Source: Eubacteriales bacterium
Lineage (GTDB): Bacteria > Bacillota > Clostridia > Lachnospirales > Lachnospiraceae
DNA: 64,000 nt
NCBI GenBank assembly: GCA_030539055.1
Contig: JAUNSV010000005.1
Location: 26,574 to 90,573 of the forward strand
Reading direction: 5' to 3'
The notes beneath the pieces are model-generated. The model did not search any database, was not told where the DNA came from, and saw nothing but the letters and a program-made list of their open reading frames with translations. Position numbers and translations under genes: made by a program. This document shows positions 35,315 through 46,870 of the stretch, in pieces. The first letter of the stretch is position 1, and the number at the start of each line of letters is the position of its first letter.

Positions 35315-37873
35315 CTACTTCCCACAGCAATTTTTGTATTTCTTACCACTTCCACAAGGGCAAGGGTCATTAGGATACACTTTTTTATCTTGATGTACTA
35401 TTGTTCTTTTTGTAGTTTCTTCTCCCCTATTTGTGCCAGTTGGTTTTATTACTTCTTTTCTTTCTATTTTTTGTTCTAGTTGAATATGGAATAATATTTT
35501 TATTGTTTCTTCTTTTATTGATTGAGCCATTGAATCAAACATTTCATATGCTGCTACTTTGTATTCTACAAGTGGGTCTTTGTGTCCATACGCTTGCAAG
35601 CCTATGCCTTGGCGAAGAATATCCATATCATCTATATGATTCATCCATTTTGAGTCTATAACACGAAGCAATATTACTCTTTCTATTTCTCTTGATTTAT
35701 TTTCATCATTTATTATTTTTTCTCTATCTTCATATAATAGTTTTGCTTTTTTAATCAACAAGTCTTTTAACTCTTGTCTATCTTTAATTTGTACTAATGT
35801 TTCTTTATTAAAAGTAGTAATTGGTGCTATCATTAATACTTGTTCTATAGTGTTGATCAAATCTTCAAATTCAAATTTATCTATCAAATTTGCATCTACT
35901 ATTTTATTGATAGTAGTATCTATCATTCCCATAATGAGTGGATGAATATTGTCGCCATTTAAAACTTTTGATCTTTCTTCATATATAACTTCCCTTTGTT
36001 CATTATTTATTTCATCAAATTTTAAAAGTTGTTCTCTTATTCCAAAGTTAGAAGACTCTATTCTCTTTTGTGCTTTTTCAATAGTTGATGTAAGCATCTT
36101 ATGCTCTATTTGCTCTCCCTCTTTTATACCAAGAGAGTTAAAAATATTAATTAAATTTTCTGATCCAAAAAGTCGCATAAGATCATCTTCTAGTGAAATA
36201 TAAAATCTTGATTCCCCTGGGTCTCCTTGTCGACCAGAACGGCCTCTCAATTGGTTATCAATACGGCGTGATTCATGTCTTTCTGTACCAATAATTTTAA
36301 GCCCACCTTGCTCTTTTGCTTTATCATCAAGCTTAATATCTGTTCCTCTACCAGCCATATTAGTTGCTATAGTAACAGAACCAAAGCTTCCTGCACTCGC
36401 TACTATTTCTGCTTCTTTTTCATGCTGTTTTGCATTTAAGACATTATGCTTTATTCCTTTTCTTTTTAACATCTCGGAAAGCATTTCAGATGTATCTATA
36501 TTTATAGTACCTACTAGTACAGGTTGACCTTTTTTATTTGCTTCTTCTATTTCTTCTACAACAGCATTGAATTTTTCTCTTTTTGTTTTATATACAGCGT
36601 CTTCTTTGTCTATTCTTATTACAGGTACATTTGTTGGAATAACTATAACATCCATAAAATAAATATTTCTAAACTCTTTTTCCTCTGTTTGTGCTGTACC
36701 TGTCATACCTGCTTTTTTTTCATATTTATTAAAAAAGTTTTGGAAAGTAATAGTAGCTAAAGTTTTTGATTCTCTTTTTATATTCACATGCTCTTTTGCT
36801 TCTATAGCTTGATGCAAACCATCGGAATACCTTCTTCCAGGCATAAGTCTACCTGTAAATTCATCTACTATAATTACTTCATTGTCTTTTACGATATAAT
36901 CTTTATCTCTATGCATCAAATTGTGTGCACGAAGTGCTAGTGTAATATTGTGTTGTATTTCTAGGTTGTCTGGTGATGATAAATTTTCTATGTGAAAAAA
37001 TTCTTCTACTCTTCTTACTCCCTCTTCTGTTAGAGTTACATTCTTCTCTTTTTCATTTACTAAATAATCCCCAGTTTCTTTTACTTCTTCTCCCATAATG
37101 ACATCTATTTTATTTAATTCTTTTACATCTTCACCTCTTCTCAATTGTAAAGCGAGCATATCGCATGCTTCATATAACTTTGTAGATTTTCCAGATTGAC
37201 CAGAAATTATAAGTGGAGTACGAGCTTCATCAATTAAAACAGAGTCAACTTCATCAATTATGCAATAATGAAGCCCTCTTAAAACTTGACCCTCTTTATA
37301 TATTGCCATATTATCTCTCAAATAATCAAATCCTAGTTCATTGTTTGTAACATAAGTAATATCTGCATTATAATTTTCTTGTCTTTCCTCTGTTGTCATA
37401 GAATTTAATACAACACCAACTTTTAACCCAAGAAATTCATGAACTTGACCCATCCAATCTCTATCTCTTTTAGCCAAATACTCGTTGACTGTAACTATGT
37501 GAACTCCCTTTCCTAAAAGTGCCATAAGATAAGCTGGGCAAGTAGATACAAGAGTTTTACCCTCTCCTGTTTTCATTTCTGCTATTCTTCCATGATACAA
37601 TATTATTCCACCGATAATTTGAACAGGATAATGCTCAAGACCTATTACTCTTCTGCTAGCTTCTCTTACTGTAGCAAATGCTTCTGGAAGAAGTGAATCT
37701 AATGTTTCTGAATTTTTTAATCTTTCTCTAAATATATTTGTTTGATTTCTTAATTCTTCATCACTTAATTTCATCATTTTGTCTCTTAGTGAAAGAGTTT
37801 TTTCCACTAAAGGCATTATTAATTTTACTTCTCTTTCTGAATGTGTACCAAATAATTTTTGTGCTATTGACAT
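35315..37873 (-). CDS. secA: Preprotein translocase ATPase SecA
   Basis: 852 aa. [28 protein letters not shown]-terminal Zn finger [15 protein letters not shown]. Confidence 0.97.
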   Translation of the reverse strand: MSIAQKLFGTHSEREVKLIMPLVEKTLSLRDKMMKLSDEELRNQTNIFRERLKNSETLDSLLPEAFATVREASRRVIGLEHYPVQIIGGIILYHGRIAEMKTGEGKTLVSTCPAYLMALLGKGVHIVTVNEYLAKRDRDWMGQVHEFLGLKVGVVLNSMTTEERQENYNADITYVTNNELGFDYLRDNMAIYKEGQVLRGLHYCIIDEVDSVLIDEARTPLIISGQSGKSTKLYEACDMLALQLRRGEDVKELNKIDVIMGEEVKETGDYLVNEKEKNVTLTEEGVRRVEEFFHIENLSSPDNLEIQHNITLALRAHNLMHRDKDYIVKDNEVIIVDEFTGRLMPGRRYSDGLHQAIEAKEHVNIKRESKTLATITFQNFFNKYEKKAGMTGTAQTEEKEFRNIYFMDVIVIPTNVPVIRIDKEDAVYKTKREKFNAVVEEIEEANKKGQPVLVGTINIDTSEMLSEMLKRKGIKHNVLNAKQHEKEAEIVASAGSFGSVTIATNMAGRGTDIKLDDKAKEQGGLKIIGTERHESRRIDNQLRGRSGRQGDPGESRFYISLEDDLMRLFGSENLINIFNSLGIKEGEQIEHKMLTSTIEKAQKRIESSNFGIREQLLKFDEINNEQREVIYEERSKVLNGDNIHPLIMGMIDTTINKIVDANLIDKFEFEDLINTIEQVLMIAPITTFNKETLVQIKDRQELKDLLIKKAKLLYEDREKIINDENKSREIERVILLRVIDSKWMNHIDDMDILRQGIGLQAYGHKDPLVEYKVAAYEMFDSMAQSIKEETIKILFHIQLEQKIERKEVIKPTGTNRGEETTKRTIVHQDKKVYPNDPCPCGSGKKYKNCCGK

Positions 37874-37958
37874 TTCATTTTTCCTTTTTGTTTTTTCTTT
37901 TTATTATTAGTTTTTGTTTTGTTATTTGTTTTTGTTTTTGTTAATTTTTATTTATTAC

Positions 37959-39416
37959 TTATTTAAAATTTTCATCTTTAATAAAAGCATCTCTTCCCCA
38001 AACATGGTTCAATAATTCTATTCTCTCATTTACAAATGCAATAATTTTTTTTGCTCCATCATATTTTTTTAAATATTCTTTTCCTAAATCATTTTGCAAT
38101 TTGGATGCTTCTTTTAATGCATTGAATGTAACATCTGATAATTTTCTACTTTCATATAACTTTTGCCATTTATTTTTTAATTTATCTCTAAACCACTCAC
38201 AAGTCATAAATGGTACTAACCAAGGGTTAGTTTGGTTCATACCATCATAGCGTGATAAAAAAATACTTGCAAAATATCCATCATCTGCTTTCCCCTCACA
38301 CGTCCATCCAAAGTCCCAAGGAGCTGTAAGAGTTAATTTTTTGTATATACTACTATCACTAAAATCTATAGCTAAGTAAAAGCTTCCACAGCCAAGGTCC
38401 ATATCTTTTACTAATTCGTACAATATAACCATATTGATTACTGATTCTATATCTATAACATTTGATACTATTTGTTCTATTGTAACATCATCATCTGATT
38501 CATCTATCAAATCATAATTTTCATCAAATTTCAATTTTTTATTTTCATATATTGCTCTAAATATTATTTCAAAAACATTGTTTACATATTTCGATATAAA
38601 TTTTGTTTGTTCATCATTTGTAATATCACTTTTTATAATATATGTTTTGTTTTGAAAATATTTTGATTGTCCTATAATATCTTTTACTATATCGTATTTG
38701 TGTTTTACTTCAAATGATGGGTGCTCTTTGTCATCTGTATTATCTATTTCTATTAAATATCCTATTTTGTTTGCACTCTCATTATCTTTTGGTTCATAAA
38801 TATCTACTCTTCCACTTCCTGCTTGATTTTGTTCACATAATAAATAAACACCCTTAAAATCTTGATTAACATACACATTTACAAAACAAGAATCTGATGC
38901 ATAATATTTTCCATCAAATATTTCTTTTGCTAATCTGAATCCTTGATAATCTGTGAGCAAATTATCGTATGTTTTTAATAAAACCCAACTCTTGTACTCT
39001 TTTTCATTGTGTAAGCCTAGAAGCCCTTGTTTTTTTGTAAATTTTATTCTATAGGGTTTATCTGTTCCTTGCTGTGTGGAATTGCCACGAACTTTTACTT
39101 CTGCTTCTGCACTCAATTCATATTTTGAGTTACAATTGAATACATCTATTACAGATTGCACATATTTATGTTTAGATACTATAGCTTCTTTTTTTAATGT
39201 AGAAATATGTACTATTGGCATCTCTTTTTGTTGTATAACACTTTCTTTAAACTCATTTAAGCTTTCTAAGTATTTTTCATATTCTATTTTCATGTCTTCT
39301 TTAGAATAAAAAATTTCTTTTGCAATATTTTTTGTTGGTAGCAAAAAGAGTATTGCAAAAGAAAATATTGTTGCAAGAAACAAACTATTTTTATTAATTC
39401 TATGTAAAAAAAACAT
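37959..39416 (-). CDS. CotH-family kinase-like protein with an N-terminal signal/anchor
   Basis: 485 aa. KVRGNSTQQGTDKPYRIKFTKKQ...KSWVLL pattern typical of CotH. Confidence 0.7.
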   Translation of the reverse strand: MFFLHRINKNSLFLATIFSFAILFLLPTKNIAKEIFYSKEDMKIEYEKYLESLNEFKESVIQQKEMPIVHISTLKKEAIVSKHKYVQSVIDVFNCNSKYELSAEAEVKVRGNSTQQGTDKPYRIKFTKKQGLLGLHNEKEYKSWVLLKTYDNLLTDYQGFRLAKEIFDGKYYASDSCFVNVYVNQDFKGVYLLCEQNQAGSGRVDIYEPKDNESANKIGYLIEIDNTDDKEHPSFEVKHKYDIVKDIIGQSKYFQNKTYIIKSDITNDEQTKFISKYVNNVFEIIFRAIYENKKLKFDENYDLIDESDDDVTIEQIVSNVIDIESVINMVILYELVKDMDLGCGSFYLAIDFSDSSIYKKLTLTAPWDFGWTCEGKADDGYFASIFLSRYDGMNQTNPWLVPFMTCEWFRDKLKNKWQKLYESRKLSDVTFNALKEASKLQNDLGKEYLKKYDGAKKIIAFVNERIELLNHVWGRDAFIKDENFK

Positions 39417-39464
39417 ATAATTAATTATAAACTATTTTACATTTTTGTCAATATTGAAAGAGCT

Positions 39465-41633
39465 TTAATTTGCATATTTTTCGGCTAGTTTAAGCGTATC
39501 TTCATTTTCAAATACTAATCCATCACTCATTTCATATTGTCTTAATGATATATGAAAATTTTCTATAGTTTTTTTGCCTAATTTTTGATTATGATAATAA
39601 AAATCATAATATACAAAATTGTTTAATATACATTTTTTATCATCTATATCTGTTACTTGAACTTCACTATATTTACTACCATTATTATATATTATGAAAG
39701 GTAATTTGTAATCATAATTTTTTATATCAAAAAATTCGTAATCTGTTTGTTTTAATGCTTCTTTTACATTATCAAAATTTTCATATATAGGATAATCCAT
39801 TTGTATTTCTCTTATTACAGCTCTACTAGACATATAATTTTCATATCTTAAGTCTGCAACTTGATTAATATCTTTATCTTTAATTTTGAAAGAAATAATT
39901 GCTATAGGGTATGTATCTATTTTATCTTCAAGTTTTTGATTTAGTAAATCTAATTTATATGCTTTTACTATATTCTCAATTTTTTCTTTTTCATCAAATG
40001 TAGTTTTTCCATTAATGTCTTTTAATACTAGTTCGCTAATGTCTTCATTATTTATATTTATTAGCGGATATATTTTTTCTTTATAATTTTTATCATTAAA
40101 TATTTTATTATAAGAATTTAAATAAGTTCTCAAATCTATTTTATATGTTCTTGCTTCTTTCTTCCCATTATTGAATTCATATAAAATGTTGACTGTGCTT
40201 TCATTTAATTTATCTTTACCTTGTTTCAATTCTTCAATTGCACCTTTTGCAATATTTAAGATGCTCGCTTTGCTATCTTCATTTTGTAATTTCATTTCAC
40301 TCATCAATTTTTCGTTTGGGTCTACATATTCATAATGCCCTTTTATATTTTTTTGGAATGATGAATAATCTAATATTTCATCATAAATTACAATAGAAGC
40401 ATTCTTTAATTCTTTATTTTGTGGTAAAAATTCATCGTATTTAAAAAAGTCCGTTTTAAACATAGCTAGTACTAATAAAGAAAACGCTATGCAACAAGTA
40501 AGCGATATTTTATTATTAAAAGCTTTTTTAAAATCATTATTATATATTATTTCTAATACTACATGTGATATTATACAAAATCCCACTACTCCTATTATTC
40601 CAAACTCTAATTTTGGAGTAATAGCATAAAGTGATATTCCTAGTATCCCGCTAAGTAGTACAATAGGTATTCTTGTGATAGGTTTTAATATATCAAATGC
40701 AAATACACTTTCGCTTCTTTCTAAAGGTCTTATTTTATATATTTTTATTGATAAAAATATAATAATTATTATTAAAAATGCTACAATTATTAATGTCATA
40801 TTTATTTTACTTAAGATTACATCTAAACCTACCCATTCATTACTTATTTGAGCATTGTACTCTTTTCCTATTCTTTGGAGTGATACAAGTGGTGATAAGA
40901 ATTGCAATTTCTTAAACAAAGGAAGAAAGGTATCATTATACATATAATATGTTTTGAAAAAAGCGTTATGATATAATTCTAAACCATATGATAATAGAGG
41001 AAAAGCAACTAGTGTGGCTGCAATTCCAAGGGATGCTACAAAAAACTTCCCCGTAATTAAAACAATAAATATAAATAAAGAATAAGATAAAACAAAATAT
41101 AATGTATTTATTAAAAAAGCAAAAAATATGTAAGTGTAAATATCACTAAAGTATATTCCTTTTATTTTTATACACATTATTGAAAATATTGTTGTTAATA
41201 TATAAGGTATCAAAAAGCATAATAAGCCTGTTATATATTTATAAAAATATATTTTTTTTCTATTTAAAGCTAAGCTATGATAAAAATCTACTTGTTTTTT
41301 ATGATGCAAATAAGAAAAGAAAAATATTGCCAAAAAAGCACCTATCCCTATTATATACGCACTCATTTGTTTTACACCAAAAGTGTCTATAACTATATTT
41401 TCTTTTAATTTGTTAAGTTCACTTATTGTAACATATAATTTATCTGTATTAAAAATATCATTTTGATTATTTAGGGCATTACTACTTTGTGAAATATAAG
41501 TTTCTTCTATATTACCAATTTGCATCATAAATGATCCAGGTAATATTATACACAATAATACAAGTACAATAATAAATATAGATACATTCTTTTTTAATTC
41601 ATTTTTTAAAGCAAAAGCAAAAATTTTATTCAT
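39465..41633 (-). CDS. Large ABC-2-type permease-like membrane protein with a C-terminal extracytoplasmic domain
   Basis: 722 aa with many TM helices in the N-terminal ~400 aa. 8-nt overlap with the ABC ATPase gene. Confidence 0.6.
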   Translation of the reverse strand: MNKIFAFALKNELKKNVSIFIIVLVLLCIILPGSFMMQIGNIEETYISQSSNALNNQNDIFNTDKLYVTISELNKLKENIVIDTFGVKQMSAYIIGIGAFLAIFFFSYLHHKKQVDFYHSLALNRKKIYFYKYITGLLCFLIPYILTTIFSIMCIKIKGIYFSDIYTYIFFAFLINTLYFVLSYSLFIFIVLITGKFFVASLGIAATLVAFPLLSYGLELYHNAFFKTYYMYNDTFLPLFKKLQFLSPLVSLQRIGKEYNAQISNEWVGLDVILSKINMTLIIVAFLIIIIIFLSIKIYKIRPLERSESVFAFDILKPITRIPIVLLSGILGISLYAITPKLEFGIIGVVGFCIISHVVLEIIYNNDFKKAFNNKISLTCCIAFSLLVLAMFKTDFFKYDEFLPQNKELKNASIVIYDEILDYSSFQKNIKGHYEYVDPNEKLMSEMKLQNEDSKASILNIAKGAIEELKQGKDKLNESTVNILYEFNNGKKEARTYKIDLRTYLNSYNKIFNDKNYKEKIYPLININNEDISELVLKDINGKTTFDEKEKIENIVKAYKLDLLNQKLEDKIDTYPIAIISFKIKDKDINQVADLRYENYMSSRAVIREIQMDYPIYENFDNVKEALKQTDYEFFDIKNYDYKLPFIIYNNGSKYSEVQVTDIDDKKCILNNFVYYDFYYHNQKLGKKTIENFHISLRQYEMSDGLVFENEDTLKLAEKYAN

Positions 41634-42510
41634 AAATATTGTTTGCTCCTTTCATTTCATTAATAAATATTTCTTCAAAAGATAATGGTAAAACTTCTAA
41701 ATACATATTATTTCTTTTATTCAATTTTTGTTTTATTTCTTCTTCACTACCCCTTACTACCATTATAATTAATCTTCCTTTATGCTCTATAGTAGAAATG
41801 TCTAAATCATCAAACTTATCTTCTTTTTCATCACTTAATATTAATTGAACCTTATGTATGTTAGCTTTTATATTTTCATAATCATTTGATAAAATGAGCT
41901 TTCCCTCATTAAGTATCCCTATAGAGTCACACATATCCTCTAATTCTCTTAATGCATGTGTTGCTGCTATTATAGTTAAATCTCTATTCTCAATATTTTC
42001 TGCTATGTAACCTTTCATTTTTTGCCTTGTAAGTGGGTCTAATCCATCAAAAGCTTCATCTATCAAAAGATATTTTACATTAACACATAGTCCCAAAATA
42101 ATACTTATTTGTCTTTTCATTCCTTTTGATAATTTACTAATTTGCTTATTCTCATCTAAATTAAAATCATTTAACATTTTAATATATAATTCATTATCAA
42201 AATTTGAATAATATATTTTAAAATAATCTTTCATTTCTTTAATTGTGGAATTTGCAAAAAAATATTCATCATCTGAAATAAACATCATTTCTTTTTTAAT
42301 ATTTTCATTTTCAAAATTGTTTTCATTATCTATACTTATGCTTCCAGAATCAGCTTTGTATATAGAAGCAATTAACCTAAGCAATGTTGATTTGCCTGCT
42401 CCATTTGTGCCAGCAAGTAAAAATATTTTTTTATTTTCTATTTGAATATTAATATTATCTAATACAAGTTGATCGTTAAATGTCTTTTTAATATTATTTA
42501 TTTGTATCAT
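41626..42510 (-). CDS. ABC transporter ATP-binding protein
   Basis: 294 aa. GTNGAGKST, LSKGMKRQISIILGL, LLIDEAFDGLD. Confidence 0.9.
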   Translation of the reverse strand: MIQINNIKKTFNDQLVLDNINIQIENKKIFLLAGTNGAGKSTLLRLIASIYKADSGSISIDNENNFENENIKKEMMFISDDEYFFANSTIKEMKDYFKIYYSNFDNELYIKMLNDFNLDENKQISKLSKGMKRQISIILGLCVNVKYLLIDEAFDGLDPLTRQKMKGYIAENIENRDLTIIAATHALRELEDMCDSIGILNEGKLILSNDYENIKANIHKVQLILSDEKEDKFDDLDISTIEHKGRLIIMVVRGSEEEIKQKLNKRNNMYLEVLPLSFEEIFINEMKGANNIYE

Positions 42511-42525
42511 TTTATCTCCTTTTTT

Positions 42526-42885
42526 TTATTTAAAAAATTCATCTATAACATCATATATTTCTTTTTTAGTTAATTTTATGACTAAGCCCTCTTTAATCAA
42601 TTTTTTTAAATCATCTTTCCATTGTTGTTTAAAATGAGATATAGCTTTTTCTTCCTTGCATACAAAAGAGCCTCTTCCTTTTATGGTGTATATGAAGCCT
42701 TCTTTTTCCAATTCTTGATAAGCTCTTTGTATAGTATTGGGATTGATTGATAAATCTTTTGAAAGATTTCGTACTGAGGGTATTGCTTCATCTATTTTTA
42801 ATACATTTGTTAATATTAGCCTTTCAAATTGATCTATAATTTGCTCATATATGGGTCTTTTGTCTTTATAATTTATGACAATCAT
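42526..42885 (-). CDS. GntR-family (YtrA-subfamily) transcriptional regulator
   Basis: 119 aa. IPSVRNLSKDLSINPNTIQRAYQELEKEGFIYTIKGRGSFV. Confidence 0.85.
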   Translation of the reverse strand: MIVINYKDKRPIYEQIIDQFERLILTNVLKIDEAIPSVRNLSKDLSINPNTIQRAYQELEKEGFIYTIKGRGSFVCKEEKAISHFKQQWKDDLKKLIKEGLVIKLTKKEIYDVIDEFFK

Positions 42886-42957
42886 TCATTTCTCCTTTCT
42901 TTAATATTTTATAAAACTATTTCCATAATAATACTTCTTTTGTATGAAGTGTACTGC

Positions 42958-43016
42958 TTGTATTATCTGTACTAATCGTAGTAATACAATTATATCATTT
43001 ATTTTTGTTTTGTCAA
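42958..43016 (-). promoter_or_regulatory. Promoter of the ytrA-like operon with a palindromic operator candidate
   Basis: Minus strand TTGACA (43016..43011), 16 nt, TATAAT (42994..42989). Immediately downstream lies the imperfect palindrome TTGTATTA..TACTA-ATCG-TAGTA-ATACAA (42958..42989). Confidence 0.55.
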
Positions 43017-43020
43017 GTAT

Positions 43021-43056
43021 AAAAAAATACACTTTATATTTATTATTAAAGTGTAT
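43021..43056 (-). terminator. Terminator after aroQ
   Basis: Arms ATACACTTTA (43027..43036) and TAAAGTGTAT (43047..43056). On the minus strand the hairpin is followed by a T-run encoded at 43026..43021. Confidence 0.65.
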
Positions 43057-43144
43057 TTATAGTATGTTTATTGTATATTTTTAATGTATTAATAGTTTAT
43101 TATTTGTTTATTAATAATTTCCTTTTAATGTATTTATAGAATAT

Positions 43145-43588
43145 TTATTGTTTATTATTGTTAAAATTTTCTACCAAAAAATCCAATGCTTCTATATATC
43201 CATTAATTCCTTTGCCAATAATACTTTTTTTACAAAAATCTCTTATGTAACTTTTTTTTCTAAATTCTTCTCTATCTGAAATATTTGTAATATGCACTTC
43301 TACTGTAGGCACATTAATAGTTTTTAGAGCATCTAGGATTGCTATGCTTGTATGAGTGTATGCTGCTGGGTTAATAATTATGCCATCTATATTTTCATAT
43401 AACTCTTGAATTTTATCTACAATAGCACCCTCATGATTTGATTGAAAAAATTCTACATCAACATTTAATTCTTTTGCATGTGTTTTTATTGTATTAATCA
43501 AATAATTATAATCTTCTCTTCCATAAATATCTACTTCCCTAATACCAAGCATATTAATATTTGGTCCATTAATTATAATAACACGCAT
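43145..43588 (-). CDS. aroQ: Type II 3-dehydroquinate dehydratase
   Basis: ORF trimmed to ATG 43588 (GGAG 8 nt upstream). MRVIIINGPNINMLGIRE and HISNI-like HITNISDREEFR. Confidence 0.9.
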   Translation of the reverse strand: MRVIIINGPNINMLGIREVDIYGREDYNYLINTIKTHAKELNVDVEFFQSNHEGAIVDKIQELYENIDGIIINPAAYTHTSIAILDALKTINVPTVEVHITNISDREEFRKKSYIRDFCKKSIIGKGINGYIEALDFLVENFNNNKQ

Positions 43589-43607
43589 AAACAAAACTCC
43601 TATAATA

Positions 43608-44720
43608 TTATTCTTCTTGCAAAACTTCTTCACACTCTTTTAAATATTTTGTTATTTCTAAATGTTGTGGGCAAGCTTCTTCACATTGCTTGCATCCTAT
43701 ACAATCAGAGGCTCTGTGATTAAGTGGTGCAATTTTTTTATAATCATCTTTAGCTTCTTTTGTTTGACCATTTGATAAGTGTTTATTCATTGCTTCAAAA
43801 ATTTTTGGTATATTTATTTGTTTTGGGCAACCTTGAGTGCAATAACGACAAGCTGTGCATTCTATTAGATGTAAACTATCAAATACTTTTTGTGCTTTGT
43901 TAATTATTTCTTTCTCTTCATTATTTAATGGTTTAAAATTAGACATATAAGAAATATTATCATCCATTTGTTCAATATTTGACATCCCAGATAATACTTT
44001 GTATACTCCATCCAAAGAGGCAGCAAAGCGAATTGCATAAGAAGCAAATGAGGCATCTTTATTGTAATCAAGCATTAATTTTTTTACTTCTTTTGGTGGA
44101 TTAGCAAGAGCACCACCTTTTACTGGCTCCATTACTATTATTTTTTTGTTGAACTTATTTGCTACTTCATAATTTTTTCTTGATTGAATATTTTTATTTT
44201 CCCAATCAGCATAATTAATTTGTAATTGTACAAATTCTACTTCTGGGTGTTCGTTAAGCAATCTTTCAAGCAAAACTGGTCCTGAATGATAAGAAAAGCC
44301 TATATGCTTTATGAGTCCCTCTTTTTTCTTTTCTTTAAGAAAATCCCATAAATGAAAATCTTCATATTTTTTGTAATTATTGGATCTTATTGCATGCAAT
44401 AAATAATAATCAATATATTTTACATTAGTTCTTTTTAAGCTTGTATATAATTGTTTTTTTGCTACTTCCTCTGTAGGTGCAAATAAAAAAGCACATAGTT
44501 TAGTTGCTAATGTATACTCTTCTCTTTTATGTCTATTCACTAGAGCTTTTCTTGCGCTTGCTTCTGACCCTATATATATGTGTGCTGTGTCAAAATAATT
44601 AAAACCTGCATCTAAAAATTTATCTACCATAATAGAAGTAGTTTTTATATCTGTAAGAGGTCTTATGCCTGGTAGTCGCATAAGTCCAAATCCCAATTTA
44701 TTATTATTATCAATTTGCAT
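43608..44720 (-). CDS. Aldo/keto reductase with a C-terminal 2x[4Fe-4S] ferredoxin domain
   Basis: 370 aa. AKR N-terminus FDTAHIY and Cys clusters CTACRYCTQGCP and CIGCKQCEEACP. Confidence 0.8.
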   Translation of the reverse strand: MQIDNNNKLGFGLMRLPGIRPLTDIKTTSIMVDKFLDAGFNYFDTAHIYIGSEASARKALVNRHKREEYTLATKLCAFLFAPTEEVAKKQLYTSLKRTNVKYIDYYLLHAIRSNNYKKYEDFHLWDFLKEKKKEGLIKHIGFSYHSGPVLLERLLNEHPEVEFVQLQINYADWENKNIQSRKNYEVANKFNKKIIVMEPVKGGALANPPKEVKKLMLDYNKDASFASYAIRFAASLDGVYKVLSGMSNIEQMDDNISYMSNFKPLNNEEKEIINKAQKVFDSLHLIECTACRYCTQGCPKQINIPKIFEAMNKHLSNGQTKEAKDDYKKIAPLNHRASDCIGCKQCEEACPQHLEITKYLKECEEVLQEE

Positions 44721-44750
44721 AAAAAATCTCCATTACTTTTTTTGGTATTT

Positions 44751-45554
44751 TTACATATTTTTATTTTTATTATATGAATTAATAATAGCATTAATTACGC
44801 TAGATCTAAATGCACCATCCTCTAGTGTTACTACTCCCTCTATTGTAGTACCTTGTGGGCTACAAACTCTATCTTTCAAAATAGCTGGGTGTGTGTTTGT
44901 TTCTTTTATATAGTTAGCTGTGCCTAATATTGTTTGAAGTGTATATTGTAAGGCTTTATCTCTTCTTACACCACAATGCACTAGACCATCGCACATACTC
45001 TCTATAAAAATACTCACATATGCAGGAGCACAACCCGTAACAGCTTGTGCTTTGTCTATCATTTCTTCCTCTACAATATCAAGCTCGCCTGCTTTATCTA
45101 GTATTTTACAAAAATTAATTATTTCATCATCAAATACATCCTCATTTTTTGATACTAAAATCATACCTTGACCTACGCTTACAGCTAAGTTTGGCATAAT
45201 TCTAATAGTAGGGCAAGTATCATTTATGTACTCATTTATTTTTTTTATACTAACTCCTGCCGCCATTGAGCATAAAATAAATCTGTTGTTGTTCTTCTTT
45301 CTATTAATTAAATCTTCACTTAATTGATTCAATAATTCTTTTATATTTTGTGGTTTTACTCCAATAAAAATTAAATCGCATTTTTGTACAATTTCTTTGT
45401 TGTTGCTTGAAGTGCAATCTAATTCAAGAGAAATTTCTTTAGTTTTTTGTATATTTAATTCTGAAATCAATAAATCTTCTTTTTTTACATTCTTTCTTAC
45501 ACAAGATGCTAGTGCTTTCCCCATATTGCCAACGCCAATAAATCCGTATTTCAT
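44751..45554 (-). CDS. proC: Pyrroline-5-carboxylate reductase
   Basis: 267 aa. GFIGVGNMGKAL and SPQGTTIEG. Confidence 0.9.
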   Translation of the reverse strand: MKYGFIGVGNMGKALASCVRKNVKKEDLLISELNIQKTKEISLELDCTSSNNKEIVQKCDLIFIGVKPQNIKELLNQLSEDLINRKKNNNRFILCSMAAGVSIKKINEYINDTCPTIRIMPNLAVSVGQGMILVSKNEDVFDDEIINFCKILDKAGELDIVEEEMIDKAQAVTGCAPAYVSIFIESMCDGLVHCGVRRDKALQYTLQTILGTANYIKETNTHPAILKDRVCSPQGTTIEGVVTLEDGAFRSSVINAIINSYNKNKNM

Positions 45555-45574
45555 TTTTTCTCCTTTTAAATAAA

Positions 45575-46861
45575 TTATTTTATATTGCCTTGTCCTATAA
45601 TTACATATTTATATGAAGTAAGCTCTTCAAGCCCCATTGGCCCTCTTGCATGCATTTTTTGTGTAGAAATACCTATTTCACATCCAAGACCAAATTCACC
45701 ACCATCTGTAAATCTTGTAGAGCAATTCACATATACAGCACAACTATCTATTACATCTGTAAATAGTTTGGCATTATTTTCGTTATTTGTAATTATGCTA
45801 TCAGAGTGATTAGTTGAATGATTGTTTATATGTTCGCAAGCTTCTTCCACATTTTGTACTATTTTTACAGCTAAAATATAATCAAGAAATTCTGTATCAA
45901 AATCTTTTTCATTTGCTTTCTTTAAATATTTTTTTTGTATATCATTACTTTTATTATTGCATATTTCATAAGCTTCTTCATCAAGCCTCAATTCTACTGC
46001 TTGCAATGATTTTTTTAATCGTTCATCTATCAATTTATTCATTAATTTTATTAATACTTCCTCTTTTATACCTCTATGTATAAGAAGTACTTCTTCACTA
46101 TTGCAAACTGATGGTCTTTGAGTTTTTGCATTTTCTACTATATCTATTGCATTTTCTATATTCGCACTCACATCAATATAAACATGACATATGCCACTTC
46201 CTGTTTGAATACATGGCACTTTGGAATTTTCCATACAAGCTTTTATTAATCCTTTTCCACCTCTTGGAATCAATAAATCTATGTAATCAAGTCCATTCAT
46301 CATTTCCATAGCACTATTTCTATTTGTATCTTGAATAAGTTGTATTACATCTTGTGAAATGTTAGTTTCTTTTAGCCCCTCTCTTAGTGCGTTAGTGATT
46401 GCATTTGAAGAATTAAAAGCTTCTTTTCCAGTTCTTAAAATACAAACATTGCCAGATTTTAAACAAAGAGCACTACAATCAGATGTTACATTTGGTCTAC
46501 TCTCATATATAATACCTATAACTCCAAGTGGCACAGTTACTTTTTTTATTTTAATTCCATTTGGTCTATCTATTGTTTTTAATATTGTATTGCATGGATC
46601 TGGCAATTTGATTACATCCTCTATTCCCTTTGCCATACTTTCTATTCTTTCTCTATCTAAAAATAATCTATCGAGCATAACATTAGAAAGAGTATTTTTT
46701 GATAATTCCATATCTATTTCATTTTGTTTTAATATTTCACTTGTATTATTCAATAAAGAATCTGCCATTTTTTTTAATGCTTCATTTTTTTCTTCTGTTT
46801 TAGCAAGTACAAATTCCTTTTGTACACTTCTTGCTTTCTTCATTATTTCTAATGTAGTCAT
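45575..46861 (-). CDS. proA: Glutamate-5-semialdehyde dehydrogenase
   Basis: 428 aa. Catalytic-Cys region VYVNCSTRFTDGGEFGLGCEIGIST. Confidence 0.9.
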   Translation of the reverse strand: MTTLEIMKKARSVQKEFVLAKTEEKNEALKKMADSLLNNTSEILKQNEIDMELSKNTLSNVMLDRLFLDRERIESMAKGIEDVIKLPDPCNTILKTIDRPNGIKIKKVTVPLGVIGIIYESRPNVTSDCSALCLKSGNVCILRTGKEAFNSSNAITNALREGLKETNISQDVIQLIQDTNRNSAMEMMNGLDYIDLLIPRGGKGLIKACMENSKVPCIQTGSGICHVYIDVSANIENAIDIVENAKTQRPSVCNSEEVLLIHRGIKEEVLIKLMNKLIDERLKKSLQAVELRLDEEAYEICNNKSNDIQKKYLKKANEKDFDTEFLDYILAVKIVQNVEEACEHINNHSTNHSDSIITNNENNAKLFTDVIDSCAVYVNCSTRFTDGGEFGLGCEIGISTQKMHARGPMGLEELTSYKYVIIGQGNIK

Positions 46862-46870
46862 GATATCCTC

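Noticed and set aside
37885-37942. The T/G-rich reiterated stretch as a CRISPR array or tandem repeat.
   Set aside because: The units are 5-7 nt, degenerate, with no spacers. It is simple low-complexity leader sequence upstream of secA.
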